NCBI GenBank assembly: GCA_040285825.1
Contig: JAUPSS010000004.1
Span: 310,001-374,000 of the forward strand
Source: Eukaryota sp. TZLM1-RC
Lineage: Eukaryota > Protista > Metamonada: BaSk clade
Length of the DNA: 64,000 bases
Direction: 5' to 3'
Positions 34,591 to 46,602 of the stretch are shown here, in pieces (within the stretch, counting starts at the first letter, position 1; every line of letters begins with the position of its first letter). Under the pieces are notes generated by a model. The model made no database searches. It was not told the origin of the DNA and was given only the letters and a program-made list of their open reading frames with translations. A program made the translations under genes and the position numbers.

Positions 34591-37105
34591 TGTCTGAAGA
34601 ATAGTGAAAAATAAATAAACCAATTTGCAAAAACCATTCTGAAGAAAGAAAGCAAAAACGAAAATATTTACACAATAACCAAAAAAACAAACCAAACTAT
34701 TTACAACTTGTCACTGACCTTTAAAAGCCATTGGTTTTCCTTCTTCTTATCCTTTTTCGTACCAATACCTTTACCATAGCAACGTGCCAAATGAATCATT
34801 CCTTCTGTTACTTCTGCTTCTGCGGCCATCTTATACATTTCAAAAGCCTTTTCATTGTTCTTTCTACATCCATGACCCTCTTCATAAGCATGGCCTAGCT
34901 TGACAGTAGCTGATCTATTACCCAAATCATGGGCTTGTTGAAACAACCTAAAACCTTCATTATAATCTCTTCCAACACCAGCACCAGTCATATAACTAAG
35001 GTTAGTATATAAAAAACCACAGAAAAAGATCATACCAAATAGCAGTTTCGCAAATTCCCTTTGGTTCACCAGCTTCTCCACTTTTTTTGTCTGTGATAAG
35101 CAAAATAAAGCGAGCAAACACCAATAAAATCGTTGCTGATCATTCTTCTCTGTGCCTCTTCCTAACTCATAGTAAACAGCCAGGTTGTAATAAGCATCAG
35201 TAACTCCTTTTTCAGCAGCAGTTTTGAAGTAATTAAATGCTGCTGGATAATCTTGATCGCATCCTTGGCCAGTGGCAGCCATAATGCCCAAAAAGTACAA
35301 GGGTCGAGCGATTCCTGCATTGCTTGCATTGACAAAACAAGTATAAGCAGCGGAATTGTCCTGATCACATCCAATACCATGCTTGAGACAAATACCCTTT
35401 TCCATCTCAGCATCCATATCACCCCTAGCAGCAGCTTCGTTATCTTTGGTTAGGAAGAAAAGCAAAGAACAAACACCAGTGAAAACTAAGGTTAGATAGG
35501 TTGAACCCTATAACATACCGCTGACGATCATCTTTTGGTACACCTCTCCCTTGTTCATAGCAAACCTAGAGTAAGGGTTAGGGTATGGGACATACGCCCA
35601 AGAGGTAGGCAGGGTGTGAAAGGCGTTCCTCATGATTTGCTGCTTTTAGAAACAGTTCAACAGCTTTCTTTTCATCTTGACGAGTCCCAAGCCCACGGAG
35701 ATAGCACAAACCAGCTTGGTGATATCCTGCTGGACAACCATTCTCTCCTGCTTTGAGGTACCAATGCAGACTCTTTTCATGGGATTGTTGTACCCCATCG
35801 TCCCCTAATCGATAGCTTTGGCCAACGTTGAACATGGCCTTAGCGTTACCTAATTTTGCTGCAGTAATTGCTTGTTTAAAGTCTAAATCGCCTTCATCAT
35901 CAGAGTCATCAGAATTTCCTCCTCCTATTAAATCTCTAAATAGAGCAAGTAAAACTGAAGAAGATATACCACTGTTGTCATCATCATTGCCATCAGAGTC
36001 TGGTTGGAGAGAGGGTAGATCATTGAGTTCCTCAAGAAGTGTTGAACTAGAAGGTCGAGTACCAGGGTCTTGTTGTAACATTCTTTTTACTAAATCAGTA
36101 ACTTTTTGAGGTAATTGATCATAGTTGACAGGAGCAAGACCATTGTTTTCAATCATTTTTGATAATAATTCGAAATAACCTTCATTAATAAAATCTTTTC
36201 CAATCAAAACACGACAAAAAAACAAACCCAGGGCATACACATCAGCAGATTTGGTTGTTTTGGTGGTTTTTCCAGTGATGATTTCGGGTGCAATAAAAGG
36301 GACATTCAAAACAACATTCTTCTCAACTGGAGAATCAGCTGGTTTATAATGGACGGGAGAAAGGCAAGCAAGTTTAACTCCTTCGTTATTGATATCCACC
36401 AAGACATTATCAGGATGAATGTGGCCGTGGATCAAGTCGTTCGAGTGAAGTGAGTTTAGAGATTTGGCAGCCTCTTTCAGGAGCTTGAGCTTGCTACCAT
36501 TGGACAAATCATCTAGAATTTCAGATGCAAAAGCGTCCAGCTTTTGAGTGACAATACCAGCAGGGTTGTGGGTAATGCCATGGACTTGTGGAAGGTTGTC
36601 AGAAGTGCCGAGAGACTGGAAGAGGTTGAAATGGTCGTTAGCGATTGAAACTAGACTATCGTTTCCTTCTCTCCTATATTGAAACCAAAGGACAGGCGAG
36701 TCGTTGAACCTAGCAGCAAGTACATTGCAATCGGAAAGGCATTTGATCAACTTGACATCAGTCAGCTTTGAGGGGTCAATCGCTGTACCTTTTAGCATTT
36801 GATCGAGAATGTTCATCATCACTACGTTGACATTGAAAGATGCGTGTTCAACAGAGGCACGGCAGGATGGACAGTTTTTGTGATCTTTGCACCATGATTC
36901 AATACAAGATTTACAAAAGGAATGTCCTGTGATTAGCAGTGGTCACATGTATACTTACCGCATGAAAGGGAAACAGGAGATTTGAGCAGACCTAGACAGC
37001 ATGAACAGTTAAAAGCAGAAAGAGCTTCAGCTGATAAATTCATCTGAAGGGAAGGAAAATGCATTGTAATTGTGAGAAGGAATGTATAGAGGTGACAGAC
37101 AAGAC
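34591..37105 (-). repeat. Segmental duplication, right arm (inverted)
   Basis: Reverse complement of 12500-15016. Confidence 0.95.
34701..37064 (-). CDS. RING finger - pseudokinase - SEL1-repeat protein, copy 2 (same six introns)
   Basis: Near-identical translation to copy 1, with all splice signals retained. Confidence 0.9.
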
Positions 37106-37205
37106 TATTTACAGGTGACAAGAGTGTAGATAATGTTACAATATTAACACAGTTCACTTTTGAAGCTAAATTGACATTGGCCCAGCCTTAGTAGTGATCT
37201 AAAAA

Positions 37206-37741
37206 CAGTAACCTCTCTATATTTTGTCGTTATATACCTTCTCACTTTCTACAAATTGTCGTCTTTTCTGGTTCCCTGAGTCATTTATGATTGGAACTTC
37301 TCGCTTTTTCATGTCACAACCACGAAAACTCAAACCAGTACAGATGGGTGCCAAACAGTCAGTACTCATCATCCATTATGCTGATGAAAAAAATGAAGAT
37401 GAATCTAGACCAAGAGTTTCCACAATAGAAGCATACAATGTGCTGCAGATTATCAAAACTTATGCTATGGACAGTTTTGACCACAAACATCCTTCATTGT
37501 ATACTCTGAATGCAGTAGAAAGTGAGTTAGAAACCATTAGACTAAAGAGAAAGAAACAAATATTGTTGATGAGCTAACACCTCAGTTGAATGAAATTACA
37601 TCTGAAGTTATTGATATTGAATAAACATGTAACTTAAATTGGTTTAATGATAGTAATCAAAGAATTGTATAGGTTCTCCCTTTCTATAAGTTCTCGATTT
37701 TGGTTGGTTTTCAAGACAGAGAAGTTATAGAAAGTTTACTG
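37206..37741 (+). mobile_element. Internally deleted pogo/Tigger-like DNA transposon (MITE-like)
   Basis: TIRs CAGTAACCTCTCTATA / TATAGAAAGTTTACTG followed by TA. The fused transposase N-terminus (MSQPRKLKPV) and C-terminus match 46545-48073. Confidence 0.88.
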
Positions 37742-39235
37742 TATGTACATTTGGTTTGTTATGAATGAAGAAGATTAATTTGGTCCCCTAGTATTTTTCT
37801 ACAAAATTAGTTCATTAGGTAAGGAAAGTTCCATTTAGTTCTGAAAAAACATTAAATATTTTTATGTTCTACAAAATAATGTTGTCAACATGAAAAGATT
37901 AGTCACCAAATTCATTGAGATTTCTGCTACCATTTTCAATGAAGTAACTTGTCTGATATGTTCAGTCATTTGAGTGCAAGGCTATTGTTGTCATTGACTA
38001 GTCATTATGTGATTTCAATTATTTTCTCTTATTCAATAACCTTCAAACATAAAGTTTCTTTTATTGAGTCCAAACAAGAGATAAACAATTCTCTCACTTC
38101 GATCTATTTATTCCAATTCGACAATTGAAAATTTCCTGCAGTTACAAACTGTTACTAACAATAACTCAACAATGGTTCATCTGACATAATCATATTTACA
38201 TGAGCTAATGTTAAGTTTTGACAAGATATTAACAAGCCAGCAAGAAGTAACAACCCCAACTGAACTGTTTTGAAGCTTTTGCTTCACATTGAAACATATA
38301 AAATTGCAAGAAAATACTTGAGGCCTAATCTTTGACAATATATTTTTTCATTAATGATTGTTTTTAAACAACATTACATTCAAAACATAATTCACAACTT
38401 TATATGTTGTAAGAATTGATGAAGCATGACTGACTCTGTTATTGACCAATAAGTATCATCTTTTACTTGAAACAAAAAATGAAGACAGTTCTCCGTAACA
38501 AACTCATCATTTCAACCACCGTAGTTCGTATGTCAGTCCACTTATGAACGCATTGAATATTATTATTGCTTCTCAATTTAGTTTTTTTCGTTTAATATAA
38601 CTTGAAAACCATCGTATACGTGCTTGTTCTATCAATGTTGTAAGTCTATTACGTCATCTGGCAAAGTTGAGTAAAGAAAGTTGATTTAAAATTGAGTAGC
38701 ATTAAATGATGAACTAATGCTGTGCTTTTTGTAGTAAAGAAAATTGACATGAAAATAATTGACAATGTTTTGGAGAAATCTTTCAGTATGGAAACGAAAT
38801 ATCATACCAAGTAACATTCAATGTTAAAATAATGATAGGTTTAATCTACTGAATAAGTTGACCTATCATTGTGTGGGATGCTGATCTCTGAGATTTAACA
38901 ATTAAAATAATAAATATATAAAATAAAATAAAGTAAAAATACCTTGAAGAATTAAATTGTCGTGGTCCTGTTGACAAACTTTGTTGTTTCAGAGATATTG
39001 ACGTTTGAATAATATTCTAATTAAATAGAATTAAATTAAATTTTCGTTTAGACATTATTGGAATAGTTTACTTATAACAATGTATTCACCAAATGATTTA
39101 TTTTAAAAACCAGTTTCGATCAGCCGCTATATGAACGTTTGTTTTTGTTAATGTGACACATACAGTAATTGTTCCTCATACCTCCTTACTGCTCCTCTCT
39201 CAAAGTGTGGTTTGTGTAATGGGCTTACATATTAG

Positions 39236-41055
39236 ATGACCCCCCCTTTGCTGTTTTGTTTGGCTATTCATAATATTATTAAAATGACACAACAAGATTT
39301 CCCTGATTTGCGTATTGTTGCCTATATAAATGACATTTCTATTATTGGTTCTTTTGAAAGCATTTCTAGGGTTTCTGAAGACATTGCGGCGAAATACAAA
39401 GAAATTGGTTTAGCTTTGAACCCATCTAAATGTCTCTTGATTGGTAGAGAAAAACAATCTTTGATGATTGGTGGAGCTCAGATTCCTTTTATCAATTATG
39501 ACCAACAAGCTTTTAAGTTTCTTGGATGTTGGCTTGGCAATTTGGATGAAATTTATTCCCAGTTAAACAATTTATTGGAGAAGTTTGACAAGGATCTTAG
39601 TTTTATTGCTGAATGTGACATTGAGAAACACATCAAATTTTTTTATTTTAAAAATTTGTTATTCTGGAAAATTCACTCATATTTTAAGGTCAACTCCCCT
39701 TCGGTATCTCTCAATTTTTGCAGATCTTTTTAACAAACTTCGAGTCAAATTTTTTTCTTCTTTATTAGAAGTAAATGAATCTTTAATTCGAAGTCATGTA
39801 TTTTGTTCAGCAGATTTGGGTGGAATTGGATTCACCAAATCTTCGATTCTGTGTAAAGCAGCATTTTTGGGAGGTGGTAAAATTTTGTTTTTGAATTTTT
39901 CCAAAGGTTCCCTTTTGATGTTCATCTGATCAATGGTGAATCAAATTTTTACTTGAATCAACTACAATTTGAATTAGAAAATTTGCCTAGTGATATCTGG
40001 ATTCAGTGTTTTCCTCAAAATGTTCAAGAAATTCCCACTCGATCACTTCCAAATTTACGTTTTTGCTTGAAAAAGCTTCAGCACCATCTGGTTAAATTAT
40101 ATGAAGGCTTGGATTATGAAGTAAGACTTGGCTTGGCCAAAACTAAAAATCCCGCTTTCGGTAATTTTTTTAAAGGATATTCGTGATAGTTCAGCTGCTG
40201 CTTTAGTAACTCAAGTTCCCTCTGTTTATGGACTTTTGTTAAAAAGACAATGAATGGCTTCTAAACATGCGTTTTCGTTGTTTTCTGTGGCCAAACAATT
40301 TGCCCAATCATTTAACTTGTAAATGTGGTAAACCTCTTTTGTTTACTCATCTTTTGAACTGTAAACATTTCATTACGTTTAGAAGCAAAGTGCATAATAA
40401 CGTCAGGGACCAAATTTATGTAATGTGCAAATCATATCGTGTAGATTCCTTTTTAGAACCGCTGTTATCAAAATTAATTCTTGATGATCCCAATATTGAT
40501 AGTACGCGTTACAACAGAGCTTCTATGGGTCTGACTAGAGGTGATCTAGTTGTTCCGGGTTTAAATGGTAGTTTTACTATTTTGGACGCCATGTCTATTG
40601 ACCCTTGTAATTCCTCTAACGAACATTTCATTAACTCGGATGTAAATAATCCTCTTCTTGCAGGCGAAAAATATAAAATTGCTAAATATGCGAAACCCAT
40701 TTCCTCGGTTAATGACAATTCTCATGCCCAATATAATTTATGTCCATTTGTTTTTTCTTTGCTTGGATCTCTAGGTAAGGCTGCTATGGCTTTCCTTGAG
40801 GATTTTGTTGTAGTTGTAAAGGAAAGAACTGGAAGAATTTTCAATCGTGTTTACTGGCAAAACAGGATTGTATTTTCTATTTTTAAGGGAATGGTAACAC
40901 TAATTTCTGATTCACTATCTTCTTTTGGGAAATTTTCTGAATCTTTAGCGATTAATTGTTTTGATGTAGGGGAGGCAGGTTTTGAGGATGTGGAGTTTTA
41001 ATTGTGTATTTCATATTTGTTGTTGAATAAAAATAAATTACAATTAAAAAAAATA
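39236..41055 (+). mobile_element. CRE-like RLE retrotransposon, family E, 5'-truncated and frameshifted
   Basis: PLLFCLAIH, AYIND, FLGCWLG, GGIG, CKCG..HLLNC, TRGDL and WQNRI motifs, with an A-rich tail. Confidence 0.9.
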
Positions 41056-41304
41056 TTAGATGAAGATACATCGTTTCTTAAATGGAAATAGAAGATGAAA
41101 TGAATCATGAAATCCGAGTTTATAAGGAAATAGCCAAAAAAACGTATCAATATCAACAATAATTTATTAATATATATAAAAATCAATTAATAATGTAGAA
41201 AGTAGATCGAATCTAGGTCGGCCGACCTAAACCAGTTTCAAATTCATTGTTCAAGCATATAATGCAAATTTTCATTTTTCAATCCATCTTGTCACTCCTT
41301 GATC

Positions 41305-44300
41305 ATGCAACAAGAACTCATGGACTTACTACATGAACATAAGGTGTCGCACCACTATATTGATCTTCTATTACAAGAAGGTGTAAAAACTACTGAGGAT
41401 CTCACACTTGTTGTTGAGTACGAAGAACTGCCTGTGGGAAAAGCAATGGATAAAGCCACAGTCAAGAAGCTTGTTTCACAGCTTCCTATCCAGACTCAGC
41501 CACTTCCACAGAACAACTTAAGGGAGACCGAGACTTCAGCACAAACCATTCTGAATAGAGAAGAATCACCTCCATCTACATCTTTCCCACGTCATGGAAA
41601 CCACCCACCCACACGATTATCGACATTTCCTATAGCAAATCCCACACCAGTTGTCGATGAACCACCTCCCCGGTGCACTGCCGCTGGTATTGTTCCCTTT
41701 TTCCAAACACGTTCTAGCACAATGTTGTTGCTGGGTTACCAGAAGCGTGACTTTTCACTCAACTCTCAAATACATCCATTTGGAGGTCAAATTGATTCAG
41801 GTGAAACCACAAAAGATGCCGCCATCAGAGAGTTTATGGAGGAATGTTCAATTCAACACAGTCACTTCTCAACCAATCTTCGGCGTAATCTTGCTTCAGT
41901 GTTGACTCCAAAATTTAGTCGGTACATAGGGGAAGGCAAATACATGGCATACTTCCTTGATATTGATTTATTATCCCAATCAAACAAAAAGGTGATAAAA
42001 GAACTTCCAACCATGTTTACTTCTAATTTCGAAGTGGAGAAAATTGAATGGTTAAATTTGGCTAATTTCAGCAACAATCGATCAAAAACTTCAAAATCTT
42101 CATCACAATTTCTTCAAATAGTATTGAAGAAATTTAAACTTTTTCTTACCACTATTCCACCCAAAAATATTAGTTCAAGACCAGTTTCTGAGAAGGAACC
42201 AATTCATTACATTAATGACTCTGATTCTGATGACTTGATTGATGGTCTTTTGCCAACAACTACCGAAACCACTTTCAGATCCAAGCCAGTGTTAACACCT
42301 CAATTCAATTCTGCTTTGACCATCCAGCAGCAACTAGTAAATGAAATTAAAGAATCAAGTAATATTATAGATTTTTTTGTTTCAAAAAATTGGAAGCTCG
42401 AACTAAAACATCCAACTTTACCCAAAGTTACCAAAATTTCGCCAATCTCAACCATATCTCAAGGTGATCCTAAATATCATCAGCTAATTTCTGCTTTGCC
42501 ATCAGAAATGCATTCAACATTTTCGTCTGTAAGAACAGTTAACGTAACCTCTAGAATTTCTGCATTTAAATCAGAAAAGGATAGGTACACTCAAAACCAA
42601 GCAGTTAATGATTTGACTGTGTTCCATGGAACCCCTGAATCTTGGAGAGCAACTGCTATTGCTTTGAATGGTTTTAACTTAAGTATCACCCTTCATGGTA
42701 GAGCCCTTGGAAATGGAGTTTACACTAGCAGTGATGTTAATGTTACTAATTCTTATAGTGGTGGTCAAGGGTCGGTACTTTGCTGTAAGTCTTTTGTTAC
42801 TCACAACAGATCCAATCTTACTCCTCAGTCGAGTGGTAATATTTATGTTTTCAACAATCCCAACCATGTTCTACCTACTGTGCTATATGATTTTCAGCCT
42901 GATACTCAATCGTCAAACAGCAGTGCTATTAGTGTTGAAGAGGTTGAACGTCAAAGGGCCGAACAAGAACATAGAAACGACATTGAAAAAATGAAGGCTG
43001 AGGAGGTACAACATTCTCAGAAATTGAAGGATCGTTATGTTTCGTTGGTTGAAAAGTATTCGCAAAGATTGACTTTTTTGAAGCACCTATTTGAAAATCA
43101 TAAGAATAATCAACAAGAAGTAATGACTTTGCTGGAGAATGAAGCTCGGTATTTCAAAAGTTCATTACCAATTTATCATCACAAGGAAGAAATTTTAAAA
43201 GCATTTTCTAATTACGGGCTTGTTTTACTCCAATGTGATACTGGTTCTGGGAAATCTACTCAGCTTGCCCAATATCTCAATGACTACTTTTTAGAACAGT
43301 CAATCATCACCAATTCTGCAAAAGTTGATGGTAGAAAAATAGCTGTTCTTCAGCCACGAAGGGCTAACGCAATCTCAATTTCTACCCGTGTTGCCCATGA
43401 AATGGGTGTTACACTGGGAGAAGACGTTGGATTTACTATAGGGTTAGGGGTCGAGTCAACCAGTGACTCTACTCAAATTGAGTTTTTGACACATGGAAAG
43501 TTTCAATCTATTGCGTCTGATATTAAGCGGCTCTTGATGAATTACAAAGCTGTTATTGTGGACGAATGTCATTTGAGATCAATAGAAATTGATTTTGTTC
43601 TATCTCTTTTGAAAGAGACTTTCAAACTTGCAATGCGAGACAGAGTTACTGATTTCAAAGTCATTGTTACCAGTGCAACATTTGATCAAGATTTTGGTAG
43701 GTTGCTGACTCATTTCTTTTCTTCTGTCACTTCTGTCACATCCATTGGTTTTGAAGTCCCATCATTTCCAGTTTTGCTTAAATATGTTGATGTATTTTCG
43801 GGAGATTACCACAATGTAAAGGATACATTTGGATTTGATTATTTTTCCAATGCAATAGTGAATACAGCTATTGAAATGTCTTTCAAGATGTTAAAAAATA
43901 CGTCAGAGGGAAATATTCTGATCTTCCTTCCTTCCAAAAATTCAATTCAGCGCGCTCTAGACACCTTTACTGCCAAGATCCACAGAAAGCACAACCCTGA
44001 AGAATCAACTGAGAATAACCTTGATGATCAACATTGGATTAATCACTTTCTACAGTTTGAATATCAGTTCAAATCAAAACAAATATCTGTTGGTGTATAT
44101 GCTTTCCATGGTCGTCTTACACACACAGAAAGAAACAGAGTGCTCAATGCATCTGAAGATAGAGTCGTGATCATTTCAACAGATCTTGCTGAAACTGGCC
44201 TCACTTTGCCCAATATTCGTTACATAATTGATTCAGGTTTCACTCAGACTGTCAGATGGAATCCACTTTCAAATGTACAAGAAATGACAAGGGAGTTGGT

Positions 44301-46602
44301 GTCAAAAGCAGGGGCAAACCAAAGAAAAGGTCGTGCTGGACGTACTAGTAGTGGCGTCTGTATTAGACTCTACCCAGAACAAATGTTCAATCAGATGAGT
44401 CCAAACATTGAATCAGAAATATCATCTGGATTCGTACTACGCTCTGTTCTCTCTTTGTTGAACTACAGAACTCGTTGTCCAGAATTTAATCTTTTGGAGG
44501 AAATACCCTCAGACTTATATGATGGATCAATTGATTTGTTAAAAAGAGTAGGGGCAATTGATCCAGATTCTCATAAACCAACACAATCTGGACAGTTACT
44601 CTTAGGCCTTGGAGTTGACTTTCATACTGCCTTGTTTCTGATTAAAGCTATGGAGCTGGATTGTTTGGAAAGTGCTGCAAAGATTTCAGCATTGATTTCT
44701 TGTAACGCAAACTCTCTATTTGTCAATAATAATTCTATCAATAGACCGAGGTACATTGCCAAGTTTCTCCACCCAAGAGGAGAGCATGCCACGTTACTTA
44801 ACATTTTCAATAAGTTCCTTGAGCAAAAAGCTAAAAGCCGAAGACGTTGGTGCAGAGATAACGACCTAGATTTTGACATTTTGGCAGAGGTTGATGTAGC
44901 TTACAGTCATTTAGTGGAAACTTTATCTGCCAAGGGATTTGAAATTTGTGATAATCTTGATCCCAATATTGGGGATGTTCACACACATATAATTCATGCT
45001 CTTTGTTCTTCTTTCTTTGACAATATTGCCGTTTTCAGAAAACCTGGTGACATTAAAGGCAGGTTTATTTTATTAAGTTGTGAAGAGGCTGGCTCACCTG
45101 ATTCGTTAGATGTTGATGAAAAGCCAGATAACCTACTTACTTTGGGAACAGAATCTGCGTCTTTATTACAAAGTTGTCAAGTTTCTCCAGATTATTCCTT
45201 CATTGTGTTTTCCAGTCGAATGGCAACAGCTAGAGCAGATCCTGAATCAGGCGAACGATCTTTTAGTAATAGTCTTTCAATTGTCTCGTTTTGTACAAGG
45301 AAGGATCTCATCCAAAGTGCCCCCTCGTGGAGATTGTCGAGCATTAAAAATCAAATCAAACGTCACAGAAGAAGTACCTTTACTATCGATTTATCATCAG
45401 ATACTAAGAATATGTTGAGTGCCACTGGCCACTATCAGCTTAGGTCATTGAGAAATAGACTCAAAAGAGCAACCATAGATTTAACTGGAAATCAATTGAC
45501 TGTTACCACCAATTCTGGATTAAGTAATCATGTGAAGACGAGAATTAATGAATTTTTGGAGCTTTTAACACCAGAACCAATTGAGTTCAACAATTTGCAC
45601 GGTATTAAATTTGGAAAACTTATCGGCAAGAACGGAAAGGATAAAGATGATTTACTGAAAAGGATCAATGGTATTGTTTCAACCGCAACATCTGATCCAC
45701 AATCAGCTACACTCAAAATTGATTCAAAACGTAAATTTATTCGGGTGACTGTACCAAAAATTCCCAATGAATTTATCTCTGTCATAATTGGAATTGTACA
45801 GAGTCAATTAGCTACTTGTAGTGATGCTAGTTTTGTAGCGGATATACCAGACAATATGACTACATCACCAACAGTTTCAAATCATTTGAATTCTAATCCA
45901 AGATTGGTAAAACTTGTTGCTAGTATAGTTCCAACATTTAATTCATCAGTTTCAAGGGATGATTATGCTCTCCTTATTGCACATAGAGCGATTTGGGTCC
46001 TTGGTGCTCAATTGTATGGTGGTTTTGTTCGTGATTATGTTATTCGAAATCAATCGGCAAACGATATTGACTGCTTACTTGCTCCAACTCAAAACGTTGA
46101 TAACTGTATAAGGTTACTGACCACTGACCTTAATGGTTTTGGAATATCTGCTGGAGCTCCTTATCAGAAAGGTGCAGCTTTTTGTGTTCCATTCCAAACA
46201 CCTAGTGGAATTGTGGAGGTTGACTTGGTAGTCGCTGGAAGTATTAAAACTGTATCTCCAGGGGTGGATTGTGATTGTAACAACCTTCTGGTAGATCAAA
46301 ATGGTCTTTCATTGAAGGTGAATGGAGCTGGTGGCCAGCTTTGCAACTTGGCTAATTGTGTAAGGCATGCAAATGAACAGAAATTTGTATTTCTTTACCC
46401 TTTTACAAATCAAACAATGTCAATGTGCATCAGGCGACTTTCCAAAATGTTTAACAAGAATTTTATTTGTGTTTCGAAGTTACCACCCAGTATTGTCACA
46501 CAGTTTAGTTCTTATGCACATTTGATAAAACCTGAGGATGATTACAGTAACCTCTCTATAACTTCTCGGTCTTGGGAACCAACTAAAACCGAGAACTTAT
46601 AG
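41305..46602 (+). CDS. Multidomain protein: SAM-like, Nudix hydrolase, PARP-type ADP-ribosyltransferase, DEAH/RHA RNA helicase (with HA2), KH, and pol-beta-family nucleotidyltransferase
   Basis: Nudix box GGQIDSGETTKDAAIREFMEEC. ART motifs FHGT..IALNGF..G.ALGNGVY..SYS..NIYVF..HVLP. Helicase motifs TGSGKST, QPRR, DECH, SAT, TDLAETGLT and QRKGRAGR. KH motif GKLIGKNG. NTase motifs YGGFVRD..NDID..EVDLV..DCDCNNL. Confidence 0.93.
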   Translation: MQQELMDLLHEHKVSHHYIDLLLQEGVKTTEDLTLVVEYEELPVGKAMDKATVKKLVSQLPIQTQPLPQNNLRETETSAQTILNREESPPSTSFPRHGNHPPTRLSTFPIANPTPVVDEPPPRCTAAGIVPFFQTRSSTMLLLGYQKRDFSLNSQIHPFGGQIDSGETTKDAAIREFMEECSIQHSHFSTNLRRNLASVLTPKFSRYIGEGKYMAYFLDIDLLSQSNKKVIKELPTMFTSNFEVEKIEWLNLANFSNNRSKTSKSSSQFLQIVLKKFKLFLTTIPPKNISSRPVSEKEPIHYINDSDSDDLIDGLLPTTTETTFRSKPVLTPQFNSALTIQQQLVNEIKESSNIIDFFVSKNWKLELKHPTLPKVTKISPISTISQGDPKYHQLISALPSEMHSTFSSVRTVNVTSRISAFKSEKDRYTQNQAVNDLTVFHGTPESWRATAIALNGFNLSITLHGRALGNGVYTSSDVNVTNSYSGGQGSVLCCKSFVTHNRSNLTPQSSGNIYVFNNPNHVLPTVLYDFQPDTQSSNSSAISVEEVERQRAEQEHRNDIEKMKAEEVQHSQKLKDRYVSLVEKYSQRLTFLKHLFENHKNNQQEVMTLLENEARYFKSSLPIYHHKEEILKAFSNYGLVLLQCDTGSGKSTQLAQYLNDYFLEQSIITNSAKVDGRKIAVLQPRRANAISISTRVAHEMGVTLGEDVGFTIGLGVESTSDSTQIEFLTHGKFQSIASDIKRLLMNYKAVIVDECHLRSIEIDFVLSLLKETFKLAMRDRVTDFKVIVTSATFDQDFGRLLTHFFSSVTSVTSIGFEVPSFPVLLKYVDVFSGDYHNVKDTFGFDYFSNAIVNTAIEMSFKMLKNTSEGNILIFLPSKNSIQRALDTFTAKIHRKHNPEESTENNLDDQHWINHFLQFEYQFKSKQISVGVYAFHGRLTHTERNRVLNASEDRVVIISTDLAETGLTLPNIRYIIDSGFTQTVRWNPLSNVQEMTRELVSKAGANQRKGRAGRTSSGVCIRLYPEQMFNQMSPNIESEISSGFVLRSVLSLLNYRTRCPEFNLLEEIPSDLYDGSIDLLKRVGAIDPDSHKPTQSGQLLLGLGVDFHTALFLIKAMELDCLESAAKISALISCNANSLFVNNNSINRPRYIAKFLHPRGEHATLLNIFNKFLEQKAKSRRRWCRDNDLDFDILAEVDVAYSHLVETLSAKGFEICDNLDPNIGDVHTHIIHALCSSFFDNIAVFRKPGDIKGRFILLSCEEAGSPDSLDVDEKPDNLLTLGTESASLLQSCQVSPDYSFIVFSSRMATARADPESGERSFSNSLSIVSFCTRKDLIQSAPSWRLSSIKNQIKRHRRSTFTIDLSSDTKNMLSATGHYQLRSLRNRLKRATIDLTGNQLTVTTNSGLSNHVKTRINEFLELLTPEPIEFNNLHGIKFGKLIGKNGKDKDDLLKRINGIVSTATSDPQSATLKIDSKRKFIRVTVPKIPNEFISVIIGIVQSQLATCSDASFVADIPDNMTTSPTVSNHLNSNPRLVKLVASIVPTFNSSVSRDDYALLIAHRAIWVLGAQLYGGFVRDYVIRNQSANDIDCLLAPTQNVDNCIRLLTTDLNGFGISAGAPYQKGAAFCVPFQTPSGIVEVDLVVAGSIKTVSPGVDCDCNNLLVDQNGLSLKVNGAGGQLCNLANCVRHANEQKFVFLYPFTNQTMSMCIRRLSKMFNKNFICVSKLPPSIVTQFSSYAHLIKPEDDYSNLSITSRSWEPTKTENL

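Noticed and set aside
37750-39230. Possible decayed LRR/F-box gene
   Set aside because: Only faint Leu spacing with many stops; not supportable.
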